Shown here one piece after another: positions 13,548-30,970 of a stretch of 64,000 nucleotides of DNA. The stretch is from contig JBHGNT010000009.1 in the NCBI GenBank assembly GCA_043228905.1, positions 13,640,001 to 13,704,000 on the forward strand, read 5' to 3'. The position numbers and the translations under genes are program-made. Source of the stretch: Azolla caroliniana. Its lineage: Eukaryota > Plantae > Polypodiophyta. The notes beneath the pieces were generated by a model. That model had not been told where the DNA came from. It searched no databases and worked only from the letters and a program-made list of their open reading frames with translations. Each line of letters starts with the position of its first letter. The first letter of the stretch is position 1.

Positions 13548-13617
13548 ATGTAGCTCCCTTGGTAAGGGTGCCCAATGGAGACTAGGTGGTCATGGGTTCA
13601 ACCCCTGCATTTGACAG
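13548..13617 (+). repeat. tRNA-derived (SINE-head-like) motif
   Basis: A-box-like TAGCTCCCTTGG and B-box-like GGTTCAACCCC at tRNA-like spacing, lying between microsatellites. A second, inverted and more degenerate copy is at ~13672-13736. Confidence 0.45.
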
Positions 13618-15762
13618 TGGCATCTAGTGAATTAAGAGATATATAAGAAGTATATACATAATAGAGAGGTGAGGAAATTGGGTTTCAAACCCACAATTCA
13701 ATGCTTGTAGTTCTAACAACATACCACTAGGGTAAGGTAATTACAAAAAGGGGGAGAGAGAGAGAGAGAGAGAGAGAGAGCTTTGAACAATAAGCTATAT
13801 TAGTGAAAAGATAAATTACATCCAACAGTAACTAAGTTACAAAAGGCTGGTTTAGGGTTTTGTGTGAATTGGCTATGTAGACCGACCGAATAGCTAAGGT
13901 CGGGTCGTGTGATGGTAACGTAGATTAAGCTATCGATCAGTTGACGATACTGAGTCGGCTCGCAATCTTATGTTCCCAAATCGGCATCGAGTTTGAGGTT
14001 TCGATCAAGAGGGGTAGACACAGGTTTGCACTCAATCACCCCGAACTTGTAGAGCAAGTTGAGAATGTAGTGTCGTTGAGAGATCAATATCCCGACTGGT
14101 GTCCAAATTACTTTGATACCGAGGAAGTAATGGAGCTCGTGCATATCTTTCATTTCGAATCTGCCAGATAGGAGCAATTTGACCTTATTAATGTCGGCTA
14201 GATTCTTTCCTCCGATGACCAGATCATCCATGTACACGACAATGACAATCGGGTTGTTCGACTCGTTTATGATGTACAAGAAGTTTTCCGATTGCGACAT
14301 TCGGAAGTCGATTTGGTGAACATACTAGGTGATCTTCGAATGCCAAGCACACAGTGTTTGCTTGAGTCCGTACAACGGCTTCTTGAGTCGACAAACTATT
14401 GTCAAGTGTTTACTCGATTCGAAACTAGGTGGTTGAATCATGAAGACCTCCTCTTTTAATTTTCCTTGTAGGAAGGTGTTCTTTACATCCATTTGGTGGA
14501 GGTGCCACCCTTTTGCATCTGCAAGAGCAGTGATTGTCCGAACAGTCGTCATCTTTGCCACCAGGGCAAAGGTCTCTTCATAATCGACTCCGTGCGTTTG
14601 AGCATATCCCTTAGCTACGAGTCGTGCCTTGTAGCGATTTACTGAACCGTCAACATTATATTTTACCTTGTAGATCCATCTACAACCAATGGGTTTCTTG
14701 TGTGGTGAATGGGGGACGAGATCCCATGTCTCGTCTTTACATAGAGAGAACATTCCTTCGTTCATGGCTCCGATCCATCATGGATCCTTGGCTTCCTCAG
14801 AAAGGGTTTCCGGTTCTCGGACTATCGCCACCTTCAACATAAAAGCACAATGATATACCATATACTCATCATAGCCGAATCGGCTAACTAGAATTTTCTC
14901 TCGAGTGGAGCGACAGAGCTTCTCGTTTGTAGATACTAAGGCTTTCTTCGCTCCATTTGTCCAGATGATCGGGATTTCAAGGCCTTCGAACTCACTATCA
15001 AGGGAGCGATTTGACTCATTGTTGATCGGATCTTTGTATTTCGGCATTTTGGCCTTCCCTTTGTCTAGCTTCAAACTTGACCGAGATGTGCTTCAGTCAC
15101 TCGGGGGTTCTTGTGGTTCACTTAGCCTTGTTGTAATCGGACTTTCTTCGGGCATCTGCCTGATTCGATATTCGTCTTCTATCTCTTGGTTGACCGAATC
15201 CAGGTCACTTGTGGTCAGAGTCGAAGTTGTCTCTGGTTCATACCAAGATGCTGACTCATCAAAAATGACGTCTTGACTTACTCGAGCTTTTCAGATGGAT
15301 GGATTATAACATTTGTACCTCTTTTGTTCAAGTGAGTACCCTACGAGGATACATTTCTCTGACTTCAGATCAAGCTTTTGTCACTTCTCATCGGGAATGT
15401 GCACATATGTGATCGAGCTGAATATCCGGATATGTGATAGATTTGGCTTTTTTTGAAAAACTTCTCATGAGGGGTTACGTCGTGTACCCCAAAGGTTGTA
15501 CATCTATTCATGAGATAGACGGCTATGTTAGCCGCTTCTACCCAATACGATTTTGGCAAGTTTTCCTCGATAATCATGGCCCTTGCTGTCATGAAGACAT
15601 ACATCTTGGCTTATCATGACATTCATCTTGGCGAACCAGGAATCGAACCCATAACCTCTTGGTTTACATATTGTACTTTAACCATTGTAATAACATATGT
15701 GAGATGTAATCATAATAATTATATGTTTAGTTATTACGAGATATTTAGAACATTCTAGATTA

Positions 15763-15871
15763 TTCTAGAATGTTCTTGAATATTTCATGATTATATTTAT
15801 TATTATTATTATTCATAAATATCTAAAATATTCTAGAACATTCTAGAATACTCCATAAGGGCCTATAAATA
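15763..15871 (+). promoter_or_regulatory. Heat-shock-element arrays and TATA box in the chromovirus LTR
   Basis: TTCtaGAAtgTTCttGAA at 15763-15780 and TTCtaGAAcaTTCtaGAA at 15831-15848, upstream of TATAAATA at 15864. The same arrays occur in the 3' LTR (18306-18391). Confidence 0.65.
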
Positions 15872-16157
15872 AGAGTCCATACACTCATCACAACTCATTC
15901 GGTTCAAACTGTCGAGTCATCTCCTGCTGGTGCACCCATCTTTTTCGTTAAGAAGAAAGATGGTACGCTTCGTATGGTCGTGGATTATCGAGGCTTGAAT
16001 AAAGTGACCGTTAGAAACCGATATGCTCTCCCATTGATCTCAAGCCTTCTAGAACGCCTCAGTGAAGCAAAGTATTTCACGAAGTTAGATCTTCGAGGTG
16101 CCTACAACCTTGTTCGAATTCGTCTTGGGGATGAATGGAAGACGGCGTTCCGCACTC

Positions 16158-18137
16158 GGAAGTGTACTATCCCAAATTGGTGATGATGGTGAACTGCACC
16201 CGGTGGCTTTTCACTCACGAAAATTTGAAGCCGCAGAAATCAACTATGAGATTCACGACAAAGAGCTTCTTGCCATTGTGGATTCTTTTCAACAATGGCG
16301 TCATTTTCTGGAGGGTTCTTCTCAGCAGATTATTGTCTACAATGATCATAAAAATCTAACATACTTTCAAAGTGCTCGAGTCTTGAATCGACGACAAGCT
16401 CGTTGGGCGCAGTTCTTAACTCGTTTCGATTTTGTAATTCTATATCGCCCTGGGATGCAACAAGGAAAAGCAGATGCTTTATCTAGACGTTCGTATATGG
16501 AACTTCAACCTGGAGAGGCCGCATTTGAAAGCCAAAAGCAAATCCTCTTAGGTCCTGATCGTCTACGAATAATGGCAATGCATACCATCAACACACCGGG
16601 AGATTCAAGGCTTCTTGATTCCATTCGTGAGCAGATTGCGACTGATGCGTTCGCCCAAGAGGTTTTGAGCCATATTATCCCAAATCGTGCATCTAGCTCC
16701 CAAACTCAAAATCCTCGTCTAGACTACACCCAGTTTAGTTGGCATGATGGGTTACTTTTTCGACAAACTCTCTTGTATGTGCCTGACGGTCCTTCTCGAC
16801 TCAAAGTCATGCAACAATGTCATGACACACCAATGGCGGGACACTTCGGCATCCACAAGACTTTTGAGTTGATTTCTCGCCGATATTGGTGGCCACGGCT
16901 TCGCCATTTTGTTACGGATTATGTTCGTAGCTGTGATACATGTTGCCGATCAAAAAAGCCTCGACATCATCCATATGGCTTATTACAGCCAATGCCTATT
17001 CCGGAGAGCCCATGGAAATCTATTTCCTTGGACTTTATTACGGATCTTCCACCTTCCAAGGGATTTGATTCGATTCTCACTGTTGTCGATCGTTTTACGA
17101 AGATGGCACATTTCCTTCCATGCACAAAGACCATTACTAGTCAAGAGACAGCTGATTTACTCATGCGGGAGGTGTTTCGCCATCATGGTCTTCCGGATGA
17201 TATTATCAGTGATCGGGGTCCCCAATTCATCTCGAAATTTTGGCAGCACATGTTCAGACTCTTACATACTTCTTGTAAACTCTCTTCCGGCTACCATCCA
17301 GAGACTAATGGGCAGAGTGAGCGCACCAACCAAACAGTCGAGCAATATCTACGTTGTTTTGTCAACTATCAACAAGATGATTGGGTGGATTTACTACCTT
17401 TGGCAGAATTTGCTTATAACAACTCCGAGCATTCTTCTACTGGATATTCCCCATTTTTTGCAAACATTGGGTACCATCCTCGTTGGACGATGCTTGAACA
17501 TCCTGAACTCCCAAAAAACCCAACTGCTGAAGATCGGCTCACTCGACTCCAAGAAGTTCAGGATATGCTTTTGCATCATTTATGTGAAGCCCAAAACACT
17601 CAAAAGAAGATTGCTGACCGTCATCGGCGTGATTCATCGACTACATTTCAAGTAGGCGATCGTGTATGGCTCTTACAAGGTAGCATTAAAACGACCCGAC
17701 CTTGCTACAAATTGGATTATCAACGTTTTGGCCCATATGTCATAAGTGGTAAGATCAATGATGTGACATTTCGTCTTGATCTTCCTCCTCATATGCGTCT
17801 TCACCCGGTCTTCCATGTTTCACTTTTGGAGCCTTACACAACGAGCTCTATTCCGGGTCGTGTCACACCTCCCCCACCTCCAATTGACGTTTCCAATGGC
17901 TCTGAATATGAGGTTGCCGCTATCCTCGACTCCAAGATCATTCGCAACAAACTATACTACTTGGTTGATTGGTTAGGCTATACACCTAATGATCGAACAT
18001 GGGAGCCTGCCGAACATCTTGCCAATGCCTCCGACATGGTTGTTGCATTTCACAACCAATATCCTCATAAACCAAGTCTGAACTCTTTTCTTCCGACTCG
18101 TGCAACTCGTCATCGAAAAGGGGGGATAATGTCATGA
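16158..18137 (+). CDS. Uninterrupted RNase H-integrase-chromodomain reading frame (N-terminally deleted pol)
   Basis: ORF 16098-18137 contains [17 protein letters not shown] zinc finger, [24 protein letters not shown] core, GPY/F motif and chromodomain [10 protein letters not shown]...YLVDWLGY...TWEP. Confidence 0.85.
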   Translation, partial: GSVLSQIGDDGELHPVAFHSRKFEAAEINYEIHDKELLAIVDSFQQWRHFLEGSSQQIIVYNDHKNLTYFQSARVLNRRQARWAQFLTRFDFVILYRPGMQQGKADALSRRSYMELQPGEAAFESQKQILLGPDRLRIMAMHTINTPGDSRLLDSIREQIATDAFAQEVLSHIIPNRASSSQTQNPRLDYTQFSWHDGLLFRQTLLYVPDGPSRLKVMQQCHDTPMAGHFGIHKTFELISRRYWWPRLRHFVTDYVRSCDTCCRSKKPRHHPYGLLQPMPIPESPWKSISLDFITDLPPSKGFDSILTVVDRFTKMAHFLPCTKTITSQETADLLMREVFRHHGLPDDIISDRGPQFISKFWQHMFRLLHTSCKLSSGYHPETNGQSERTNQTVEQYLRCFVNYQQDDWVDLLPLAEFAYNNSEHSSTGYSPFFANIGYHPRWTMLEHPELPKNPTAEDRLTRLQEVQDMLLHHLCEAQNTQKKIADRHRRDSSTTFQVGDRVWLLQGSIKTTRPCYKLDYQRFGPYVISGKINDVTFRLDLPPHMRLHPVFHVSLLEPYTTSSIPGRVTPPPPPIDVSNGSEYEVAAILDSKIIRNKLYYLVDWLGYTPNDRTWEPAEHLANASDMVVAFHNQYPHKPSLNSFLPTRATRHRKGGIMS

Positions 18138-19717
18138 AGACATACATCTTGGCTTATCATGACATTCATCTTGGCGAACCAGGAATTGAACCCATAACCT
18201 CTTGGTTTACATATTGTACTTTAACCATTGTAATAACATATGTGAGATGTAATCATAATAATTATATGTTTAGTTATTACGAGATATTTAGAACATTCTA
18301 GATTATTCTAGAATGTTCTTGAATATTTCATGATTATATTTATTATTATTATTATTCATAAATATCTAAAATATTCTAGAACATTCTAGAATACTCCATA
18401 AGGGCCTATAAATAAGAGTCCATACACTCATCACAACTCATTCGGTTCAACACCAGTCTTTAGCCCTTAGCCTACTCCTTGTAATCTTCTTTCTCATAAT
18501 ATAATCGCATTCCCATTTCTTATCTCTCACTTATACTTTTCTCTCTCTCGCACTCTCTCCCTCTTTCACTCTCTTTCTATCACTATCGCTATCTCTACCG
18601 CTCTCGCCATCTCTATCGTTATCGTTATCTCTATCGCCATCGCTCTCTCTCTCTGCTTCCTACTCAAGAGTCACGACACTTGCCACCTCTACTATGTGCC
18701 GGTTCTTTCGTTCAACTACTCTGTTTTCCTGAGGTGTGTCAGCACATGAATTCTCATCGAATTCCTTCCTTTTGGAGATAGGCTGTCAATTCGTCCGAGA
18801 AATACTCCTTGCCTCCATCCAATCGAAGGCATCAGATAGGCCGACTTGTGGCTTTTTCCACTTCGTTTTTAAACCTTTAGAAGTGTCTGAACACTTCACT
18901 CTTTTGCCGCATAGGATGTTGGAGCTTGAGACCGTCAAAGCAGAAACATAAACAACACCTTGAGATAAAGATCGTTGAGTTAGCAAGGTAGAAGTAGCAA
19001 GATCAAAGGAACAATGTGACAGAGAGAGAAAAAAAGAGGGACACAGGTCTAATCAGTTTTATTCAGAATAGTTCTCTAACAATAGCAACAACAACAAACT
19101 AGGTTACAAAACCCCTTATATACTAACTAGGCTAGGGCAACTACCCTTTGACATATTTATAGAATAGTCCTAATTCTAGTTTGTCCAAGATACAATGTTG
19201 AATATGACCATTATAGACCAGTATTCGATACTCCCCCGTAATGGGTATATACAACAGAAATTTGTAATAAAGAAAGAAAATGGATAATAGTGATTTTTAC
19301 AAAGTCGTCAAGCAAATCAGATTTCTGTTTGAGTCGATAAACTCTGAAAAATAGGAGGCCGAATGGGCCAGGCTCGGAAGAGCTGAGACCAAACCTCAAA
19401 TTGTCAATGATGATTGTTCGAAACCATCCGGAGTGTCCGACTCAATCAGACTGATTCTTCATTACGCCCATCTAGTGCCGAAGGGATCGGAATCGATCCG
19501 TCAAAAGACACTTGGTCATCCCATTTGTGACATTATCGGTTGAAGCTATCTTCTTCAAGCAGATTTTCCCTAAGATGACACAGTCCCAAACAAAGTAATA
19601 TCGAACGTTGATATGCTTAGAGGCGTTGTGGTGAACCGGATTTTTGGATAGAGCAACAACACCCTAACTGTCGCTATAGACCACTAGAGCCGAGTCGGAG
19701 CCGACTTGTCGAAACGT

Positions 19718-21548
19718 TGTCATGGGCAATTCCGGCTACTAGAGGAAAATTCGCCGGATGCGCATGAACGAGGGTGTGGACGGATGCAGATGCAATTTGT
19801 CTTAATGTATAAAGTTTCTAAATAACATAGGCCTAATAAGTACTAGGTTGAGTGATTGAGACGGGTACTTTAATGTCCCACACGTATAGAGAGGAATGAG
19901 AAGATGTGATGAGAGGGAATCGAGGAGAGAATCGGTGGGGGGGGAGGGGGGGATGAAAAGTGGTTGACTTAAAAGCCTTATGTAACGGTCTCTCCCACCT
20001 TGGGCTATAAAGGGATGGAGAGAAGATGGAGAAGGGATCCACGTTCTTTTTTGGAGAACGAAGAGTTGCACGACTGAGCTCAGCAGATTTTTGTGTTCTC
20101 TCATTCTCTGTTTTCAATTTCTAGTTGTGCTGCGAGGCCTCCGTTTCCCGCTGGTAGCCCGTGTTCTGCCGATCGGAGGCTCGTTAGCGTCTGTGTGTGT
20201 GGGTGTCGGGAGCTCGAAGCTCTATGTTCCCGGCCACGTCCGATTGTAATATTCTATTTTCCTCTGTTAATTATTAGTGTTTGCCAAGTCTTTGCTCGTG
20301 CTTAGTAATTCTGTGTCGTTTCTGTTTTGTCGTGTGTTTGTTGCGTCCAGAGCTTGCAATCTCATCTCTGTTCTATTCCCGTTTGGAGGTGGGTTTTCGG
20401 TGTATGAGCTCATGTGCTCATTGCCTATTGTTCGGCGTAGCTCCGGAACCGATAACGCATGCCGAGCCCATGTGCTCGCCATCAGACAATTAGAGACTTG
20501 TCCAAACCGAAGAGGATACCGATAACATGTGTCGATCCGGCCCCGGAGTTTGATCCGGATAATCCCTTTCCCTTACCAACTCCGGAACAGCGCTCCGGCA
20601 GGAGATAACTAGACACCGGTCTGGTTAACGCTTCTTCCCTCACTGGCTCCTTGGTCCAAGACCCCGGTGGTCCCGCCCCATTTCGACACATCCACGTCGA
20701 ACTCTGCGACATATTTGGTGAACCTGACATGAACAAGGGCGGTGAAGGAGTTCGAAAATGAGGGGATGTGAACTCATGTAAGCAATGGTGGTGGCTATCG
20801 GCTGCCTGGTGCACGCTCGTGAGAGCACCAGCGGGCTTGAAAGGGTCGTGGAAACAGTAGTCGGCACGACAAGCCAATTCAACAGGAAGGACGTCATGAA
20901 CTACTTGGAGGCCTTCAAGGCTGAGATGTTGATGAGAGACGTCTCGGACGATAGACGGTTGTCCGCGTTTCCCCAAGTAGTTACATCGAGCATCCACTCA
21001 GAGGTGCTCAAGATGCAGACCGACTGCTGAAGTTGGCCGGAGTTCGAGGAGCGGCTCCTTGAAAGATACGGTTTAGATGACTCGCTCTGGTTATCAAAGA
21101 GGGAGTTGATGGAGTGGCTCGAGAGCCCTGGAAAGGGGAGGAACACATCGGTGCTCCTCCAAGAGTTTGAAAGACGATTCACACAATTGTTGGCATTGGA
21201 CCAGATCGTGCTCGACATGAGTAAGGTCCTATTGTTTATCAAATCGGTCGATCCACTTCACTGAGAAAAGGTAGGTCTCCTATTGGAGACTAATGAAGGG
21301 CTCACGACCAATTTGGCCGTGGTGAAAAGGGTTTGTAGCCGTTTCAACAAATGGCAAGAATGCAATGACTCGGGGTTGTCGACGACCGGTCCGGGTGCCG
21401 GGAAGAAGCCGGAGGAACTTATTCTAGCACGGAGAAAAGGCAAGACCAACGTGGTGGCTGGACCGGCCTAGGATGCAGCCCTAGAGGAGCTAACGAAGAT
21501 GGTTTGAGACCTCCAGATTGCCCAGGCTCAGAGGGAAGGCAGTGGCCG
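19718..21548 (+). mobile_element. Truncated gypsy family P: 5' LTR (19718-20711), tRNA-Trp PBS, gag N-terminus
   Basis: TGTCATG...TGCGACA termini, TGGTGAACCTGACATGAA at 20716, gag FNRKDVMNYLEAFKAEMLMRDV. It is fused to copia D RT at ~21549. Confidence 0.85.
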
Positions 21549-22659
21549 AATCAGATCCAAATCTTCTGCTGCCACTATGCTGAGTAGGAATCGAAGGGTG
21601 GTAAATTTCACCACTGGTGAAAAGATTTCGACGAAGTCGATGCCATATTCCTCTCGGAAACCTTTTGCCACTAATATGGCCTTCAATTTTGGGGCGGTTG
21701 AATCACACGTCTCTTTCATTCGATAGACCCACTTGCATGGAAGAGCACATCGATTATTTGGTAATTCAACCACGTCCCAAATCTTGTTTCCCGAATGGAG
21801 TTCATTTCCAACTCCATCATCAGATGCCATGTGGCTGAATCGGTTGATGCCGATGCTTCTTCGTATGACGTCAGTTCATCGACGTCCGTAAAGAAGATTC
21901 TAGGAGAGTACCTCTCCGGGGGCTGCGACAGTCTCTCAGATCTTTGAGGTATGACTGGACTCGTCGCATTGGCTGTCAGAGTTGGATGGTCCAAAGCCGA
22001 GTCATTCAGATGTGATGAGTTGGGGCTTGAGGATTTGGCTACCCCTAAATCGACCTTGTGTTATGGGTTGGGCCTTCGTGAAGGGTTTACACGTCTGAGA
22101 AAACTACCCTTCGGACTTCAATAAGTCTTTCAGTTGTCTTATGCACAACCGACTCATTGAACACTACGTCTGAACTTCGGGCGATCTGTCTGTGCTCGGG
22201 GTCCTAGAGTCGGTATCCGAACTCGTCATCTAGTCCATAACCGAGGAAAATGCATTTCTTGGTCCTTGGTGCAAGTTTGCGGCAATCGTCTTTTGATATG
22301 AGGGCGTATGCCTCGCATCCAAAAATCCTCAACTTGTCGTAATTCAGTTTACTGTCGGTCCATAGTACCTGAGGTATTCGAAGTCCTAAAGGCCTACTTG
22401 GTGACATATTGATTATGTGTACTGCCGTAAGTATGGCCTCTACCCAGAAGCCATCTGATAGTCCAGAGTGTTGGAGCATGGATACTATCCTTTCTTGAAT
22501 TGTCTGATTCATCCGGTCGGCAATTCCATTCTGCTTCGGACTATAGGATGTCATATATTCATGTCGAATGCCATGTTGTCTGCAAGATTTGACAAATTCT
22601 TCAGAGTTGAACTCTCCTCCATTATCGATTCAAAGGCATTTCATCTTTCTACCAGACTA

Positions 22660-27038
<4,379 letters not shown>

Positions 27039-27043
27039 ACTAA

Positions 27044-28014
27044 GATGTTATCCTTGTTCTGTTCCAGATCATAATCCTAGATAAAGAATATAGCACCATT
27101 CGCAAAAGCTCCTCTCATGATATACCCAACAATATATTGGTGATGGGTATATGATGCGGTTTGAGTCATGTAATCTTGTTCTATAAATGCATAAGTTGGT
27201 AAGGAATACATGTGTTGCGCAAGTAGGGAGGTGACGACCCCTAGCGCTGCTAAGGCTAATGATAATTGGAAATGAAGAGAATTATTGACTGTATTGTAAA
27301 GTTCCTTATGCCCACGACCCAACCTACCTCCTAGAGGAGTAGGGGCACCCAAAATCTCTTTCATGCTATGTACAATACCAAAATTACTTCTGTACATGTG
27401 ACCAACAATGATAAATATAACTACGATTGCTAGATGGTGATGAGCCATGTCAGTCAACCACAAACTTTGGGTTTGTGGGTGAAACCCTCCTGGGAAGGCT
27501 GAAATATACGTTCCTGCACCTTGGGCACTATCAAACAAGTGATTACTGGAGTCGGGATCCTGGGCATAGAAACTCCATTAGCCTAAGAAGAACAGCCCCA
27601 AGCCTTGAGGATGCAGACTGCAGTCAAGAAGTTGTCCCACCTAACGTGTCCACTGCTAGATTCTAGAATAGCTACATGGATCAAATGACCTACCCAAGCT
27701 AGAGAACTCACTCTGAAAACTCCGGAGAGGTGGTGGTTCAGGCGGGATTCTACATTTTTAAACCAAGAAATACTTGGTTTCCATTTCGGATGCAAATGTA
27801 GCCAACCAACTAGTAAGAACGTCGCAGAAATAGCTAGCAAGAAGAGAGCTCCGTTATAAAGATCTTGGCTATTGCGTAAATGAATCGTGTACCACCATTG
27901 ATATACACTAGAATAAGAAATATTGACTGGACCTGGAGCCCCTCCCCGGGTGTAAGCTTCGACAATCGGTTGTCCAAAGTGAGGATCCCAAATGGCATGA
28001 GCAATTGGTGTCAT
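27044..28014 (-). pseudogene. psaB: psaB NUPT fragment 2
   Basis: [14 protein letters not shown]...RLNHHLSG...[22 protein letters not shown]...YTHHQYI...GAIFFI, with stops and a frameshift. Confidence 0.97.
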
Positions 28015-29303
28015 GTGTACATTGGGAATACGGTCCCTCCAAATGGGATCCGGACGAGCTGAAGGAAGGAACCGGACCGGACCGGAAGGTATCCAGATGG
28101 ATCCAGTGTGAACCGGATACAGGGACATATCTGCAAATATGTTTCTGGTGTGTCTGTAAAGGCTATATTTGTAAATAGTCTTAAAGTCATATAAGTATAA
28201 ATATGACTTGCGGTAATCACTTTGAAAGGTTGTTGTTAATGTTGTTGTTGTTGTTAGTTGTATCATAGTAGTACAGATAGAGAGAGAAGAGAGAATTCAT
28301 CAGTTCGCGAAGATATAGAGCTCGAGGTCATTGCCTTTGAGTCTCCTGTTGTACCTCCTTTCTCGTATAGTGATAGTTGGAGTCTGTGGGCTCCCGTGGT
28401 TTTTCCCTATTAGGGCTTTCCATGTAAACATCATGTGTCATCTCTTTTGTGTAAGTGTACGAACCTCCATTTCTGTTTTGTTCTTTCATAAAGTGTTTGA
28501 GTTTCGGTTGTGGCCGAGCGTTATACCACAGAAACTGGTATCAGAGCAAACAAGAAAATGGAAGAGTCATTCAGAAGCATGTTCAAGCTCACCAGCTCCA
28601 ACTACCCAGTGTGGAAGTCGAAGATGAGAGACATGCTCATGGTCAAAGTTCTCTGGTTGTCGGTACAGTTCGGGGATAAGAAACCGGACAAGATTGATGC
28701 CACGACATGGGAGGTGATGCACATGAAGACGAAGGCATACATAAGGTGCCTCGTCGGCATGAGCCTGTACAACAACTTCAATGAAGAAAGTTAGGCTCAT
28801 GTGCTCTGGGAGAAAATTGGCACCATGTTGGAGAGCAAAAAAGCCTTAAATCAGGTTTCAGTATTCCAGAAATTACTGAGACTTTGATACTAGGACAGAT
28901 CCAGCATGGCGGAGCACATGAACGCATTCCAGGGTCTTATAAATATAACAACTTCGCTTGAAGTACCTATGGCCGACGAGGTACTTGCATTGCTCCTGTT
29001 TGGTTCCCTCCCGGATAGTTGGAAGACGCTAGTTGTCACGTTGGGCAACGACGGGCCGGAAGGAAAATAGTTGTCCCTAGCAAGGGTAAAATCAAGCTTG
29101 CTAGATGAAGAAGCTCGCCAGAAGGATCGGGAATCCGGAACTGACTCGAAGGCTTTGGTTACGGAAGATGACCAAAACCGGGGAAGAGGCCAAAATTGGA
29201 GTCCCCAAAACCGGAACAAATCGGGCACGAGATCAAAGTCAAGGCGAAGGCCTACTTGCTTCTATTGTGGGGAGTCGGGGCACTTCTAGAAGAACTATCG
29301 GCA

Positions 29304-30458
29304 TTTCCGGAAAGATAAAGAGTCTGACACCACTGATTTGAAGAAGAGTTCAAACTGAAATGGTTCGGACTGGAGAGGTCCGGATTGGAAAGGAACGTCG
29401 GTGATCGTGACAAGTGAAGAAGAATTGTTGCTCATCACCGAGGAGAATGAGTTAAACCTTGTCGGCGACGAGACAACATGGGTTGTCAATTCCGGAGCAT
29501 CGTTCCACCTGACACTAGACCGGAAATGCCTCTCGTCCTATAGGGTCGGATATCTCGGCTGTGTATGGATGGGGAATGAAGGGTCATGCCGAATTGTCGG
29601 CATAGGAGATGTGTGTTTGACGATATCAACCAAGTGCAACATGTTGCTGAAGGATGTTCGACACGTTTCAGAGATTCGATTGAACCTGATACCAATCAGT
29701 TGGCTAGATGATGAAGGCTAGATGGGTAACATCAGGAACAAAGTCATGAAATTCAGCAAAGGAAGCCTAATCGTGGCTCGAGGCTGGAAGATCAACACGT
29801 TGTACTTGATGCACCACCAGATATGCCAGGAATAAGTGAACATAGCATCCAACACTACCGGTGTCGTGCCTTACGGCTCCAGGTCGTTGCGTGAGTCGGG
29901 TGGGAACCGCTGGGGTTTTGGACTAGGAGGAAAGAAAATTCTAAGGCAATTAAGAATATGAAATATATTGTAAGAAAGAAACATATGAAAAACTCGTGAA
30001 TCCCATGAGTATAGTGTATTAGTGAGTTCTCAAATTAAGAGAGAAAAATAGTTAGCAAACTCGTGGATCCCACGATTATATTAATCAACCCTTGTAAAAT
30101 AATCAACAAACTCTATACATCTTTCTCTCTTCCTTATATAGTGTTGGAAAATTCTAAAATTATCACATGCAAGCATCATGCTTTTTCTATCTTTAGTTTT
30201 CATGCACACTGCATGTGCATGATTGACTTTCTATCTCATCTTTTCTTTTAACTCGAGTGTCTATGCATGAATAACTTTTTGTACCATGCATGTCTAGAAA
30301 TTTTACATGGGATAAAGTTTAGTATAAGTTTAAAATTCATAATACGCTAGTATAATGATAAGGCTTAACATTATTAACATGGAGGTGCAAGGTTCGATTC
30401 TTGCCCTATGCATGTAATATATAATTTTATACTTTCTTCTATTTACAAATATGTCATA
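29304..30458. repeat. ~1.2 kb direct duplication, copy 1 (copia PR region plus left part of solo LTR E)
   Basis: Colinear with 39823-41047. Copy 2 has an extra ~70 bp at 40741-40812. Confidence 0.92.
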
Positions 30459-30970
30459 TCGCATTCATCATATGTGCGACTGAGTTCGTCGCGCCTTGTG
30501 GTAGCGTACACATCCGGACTAATCCTATCGGTGTCCGCATGGTAGTGATGGAGTATAGGTCTCCGATGGAGTATATCGCGCGACTGGCAAATGCTTCCGC
30601 AAATTCGTCCACTATCGGACCGACTCCGGAATTCCGGATCGTGACCTTGTTCACCGGTTGCAAGTCTTGAATAAATCGGAGTGACCCATTCTTCTTCGGA
30701 ACCGTAAACCATCGATTTGAGTACGAAGCATTTGATGGCTGTAGAATCCCCATCGCCACCTTCTCCTTGAGCAAGTCGATGATTTTCGGAATATGCGCCC
30801 GTGGCACCGGAATCGGCTTCAGGTTCCACGGCACATGGTCAATCGTGAAGATCACCATGGGCTCCACTATCTTCGGGTCAGCGCATCCTATTCTTTTTGA
30901 TGTAAATGCAAATGCTCTCCCATGTCGCTCTAGCATCCCACGGAATCGTTCTTCTTCATTCTTTAATAGG

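Larger units (their letters stand above)
15587..18678 (+). mobile_element. Chromovirus (Ty3/gypsy, probably Tcn1-like) with two internal deletions; TSD CTTGC
   Basis: TSD at 15582-15586 and 18679-18683. The 3' LTR is 18130-18678, after PPT aaaaggggggataa. The 5' LTR is truncated at ~15908 and fused to RT ([16 protein letters not shown]). RT is fused to RNase H at ~16158. Confidence 0.93.

Noticed and set aside
13548-13617. Functional tRNA gene (also 15629-15693 and 30347-30411)
   Set aside because: Only A/B boxes or a T-arm are retained. I could not fold a convincing acceptor and anticodon stem.
27583-28266. 227 aa ORF as a novel PsaB fusion protein
   Set aside because: Chance read-through from an antisense copia LTR into the psaB pseudogene, which is frameshifted and has stops. 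The same applies to ORF 22657-23238.
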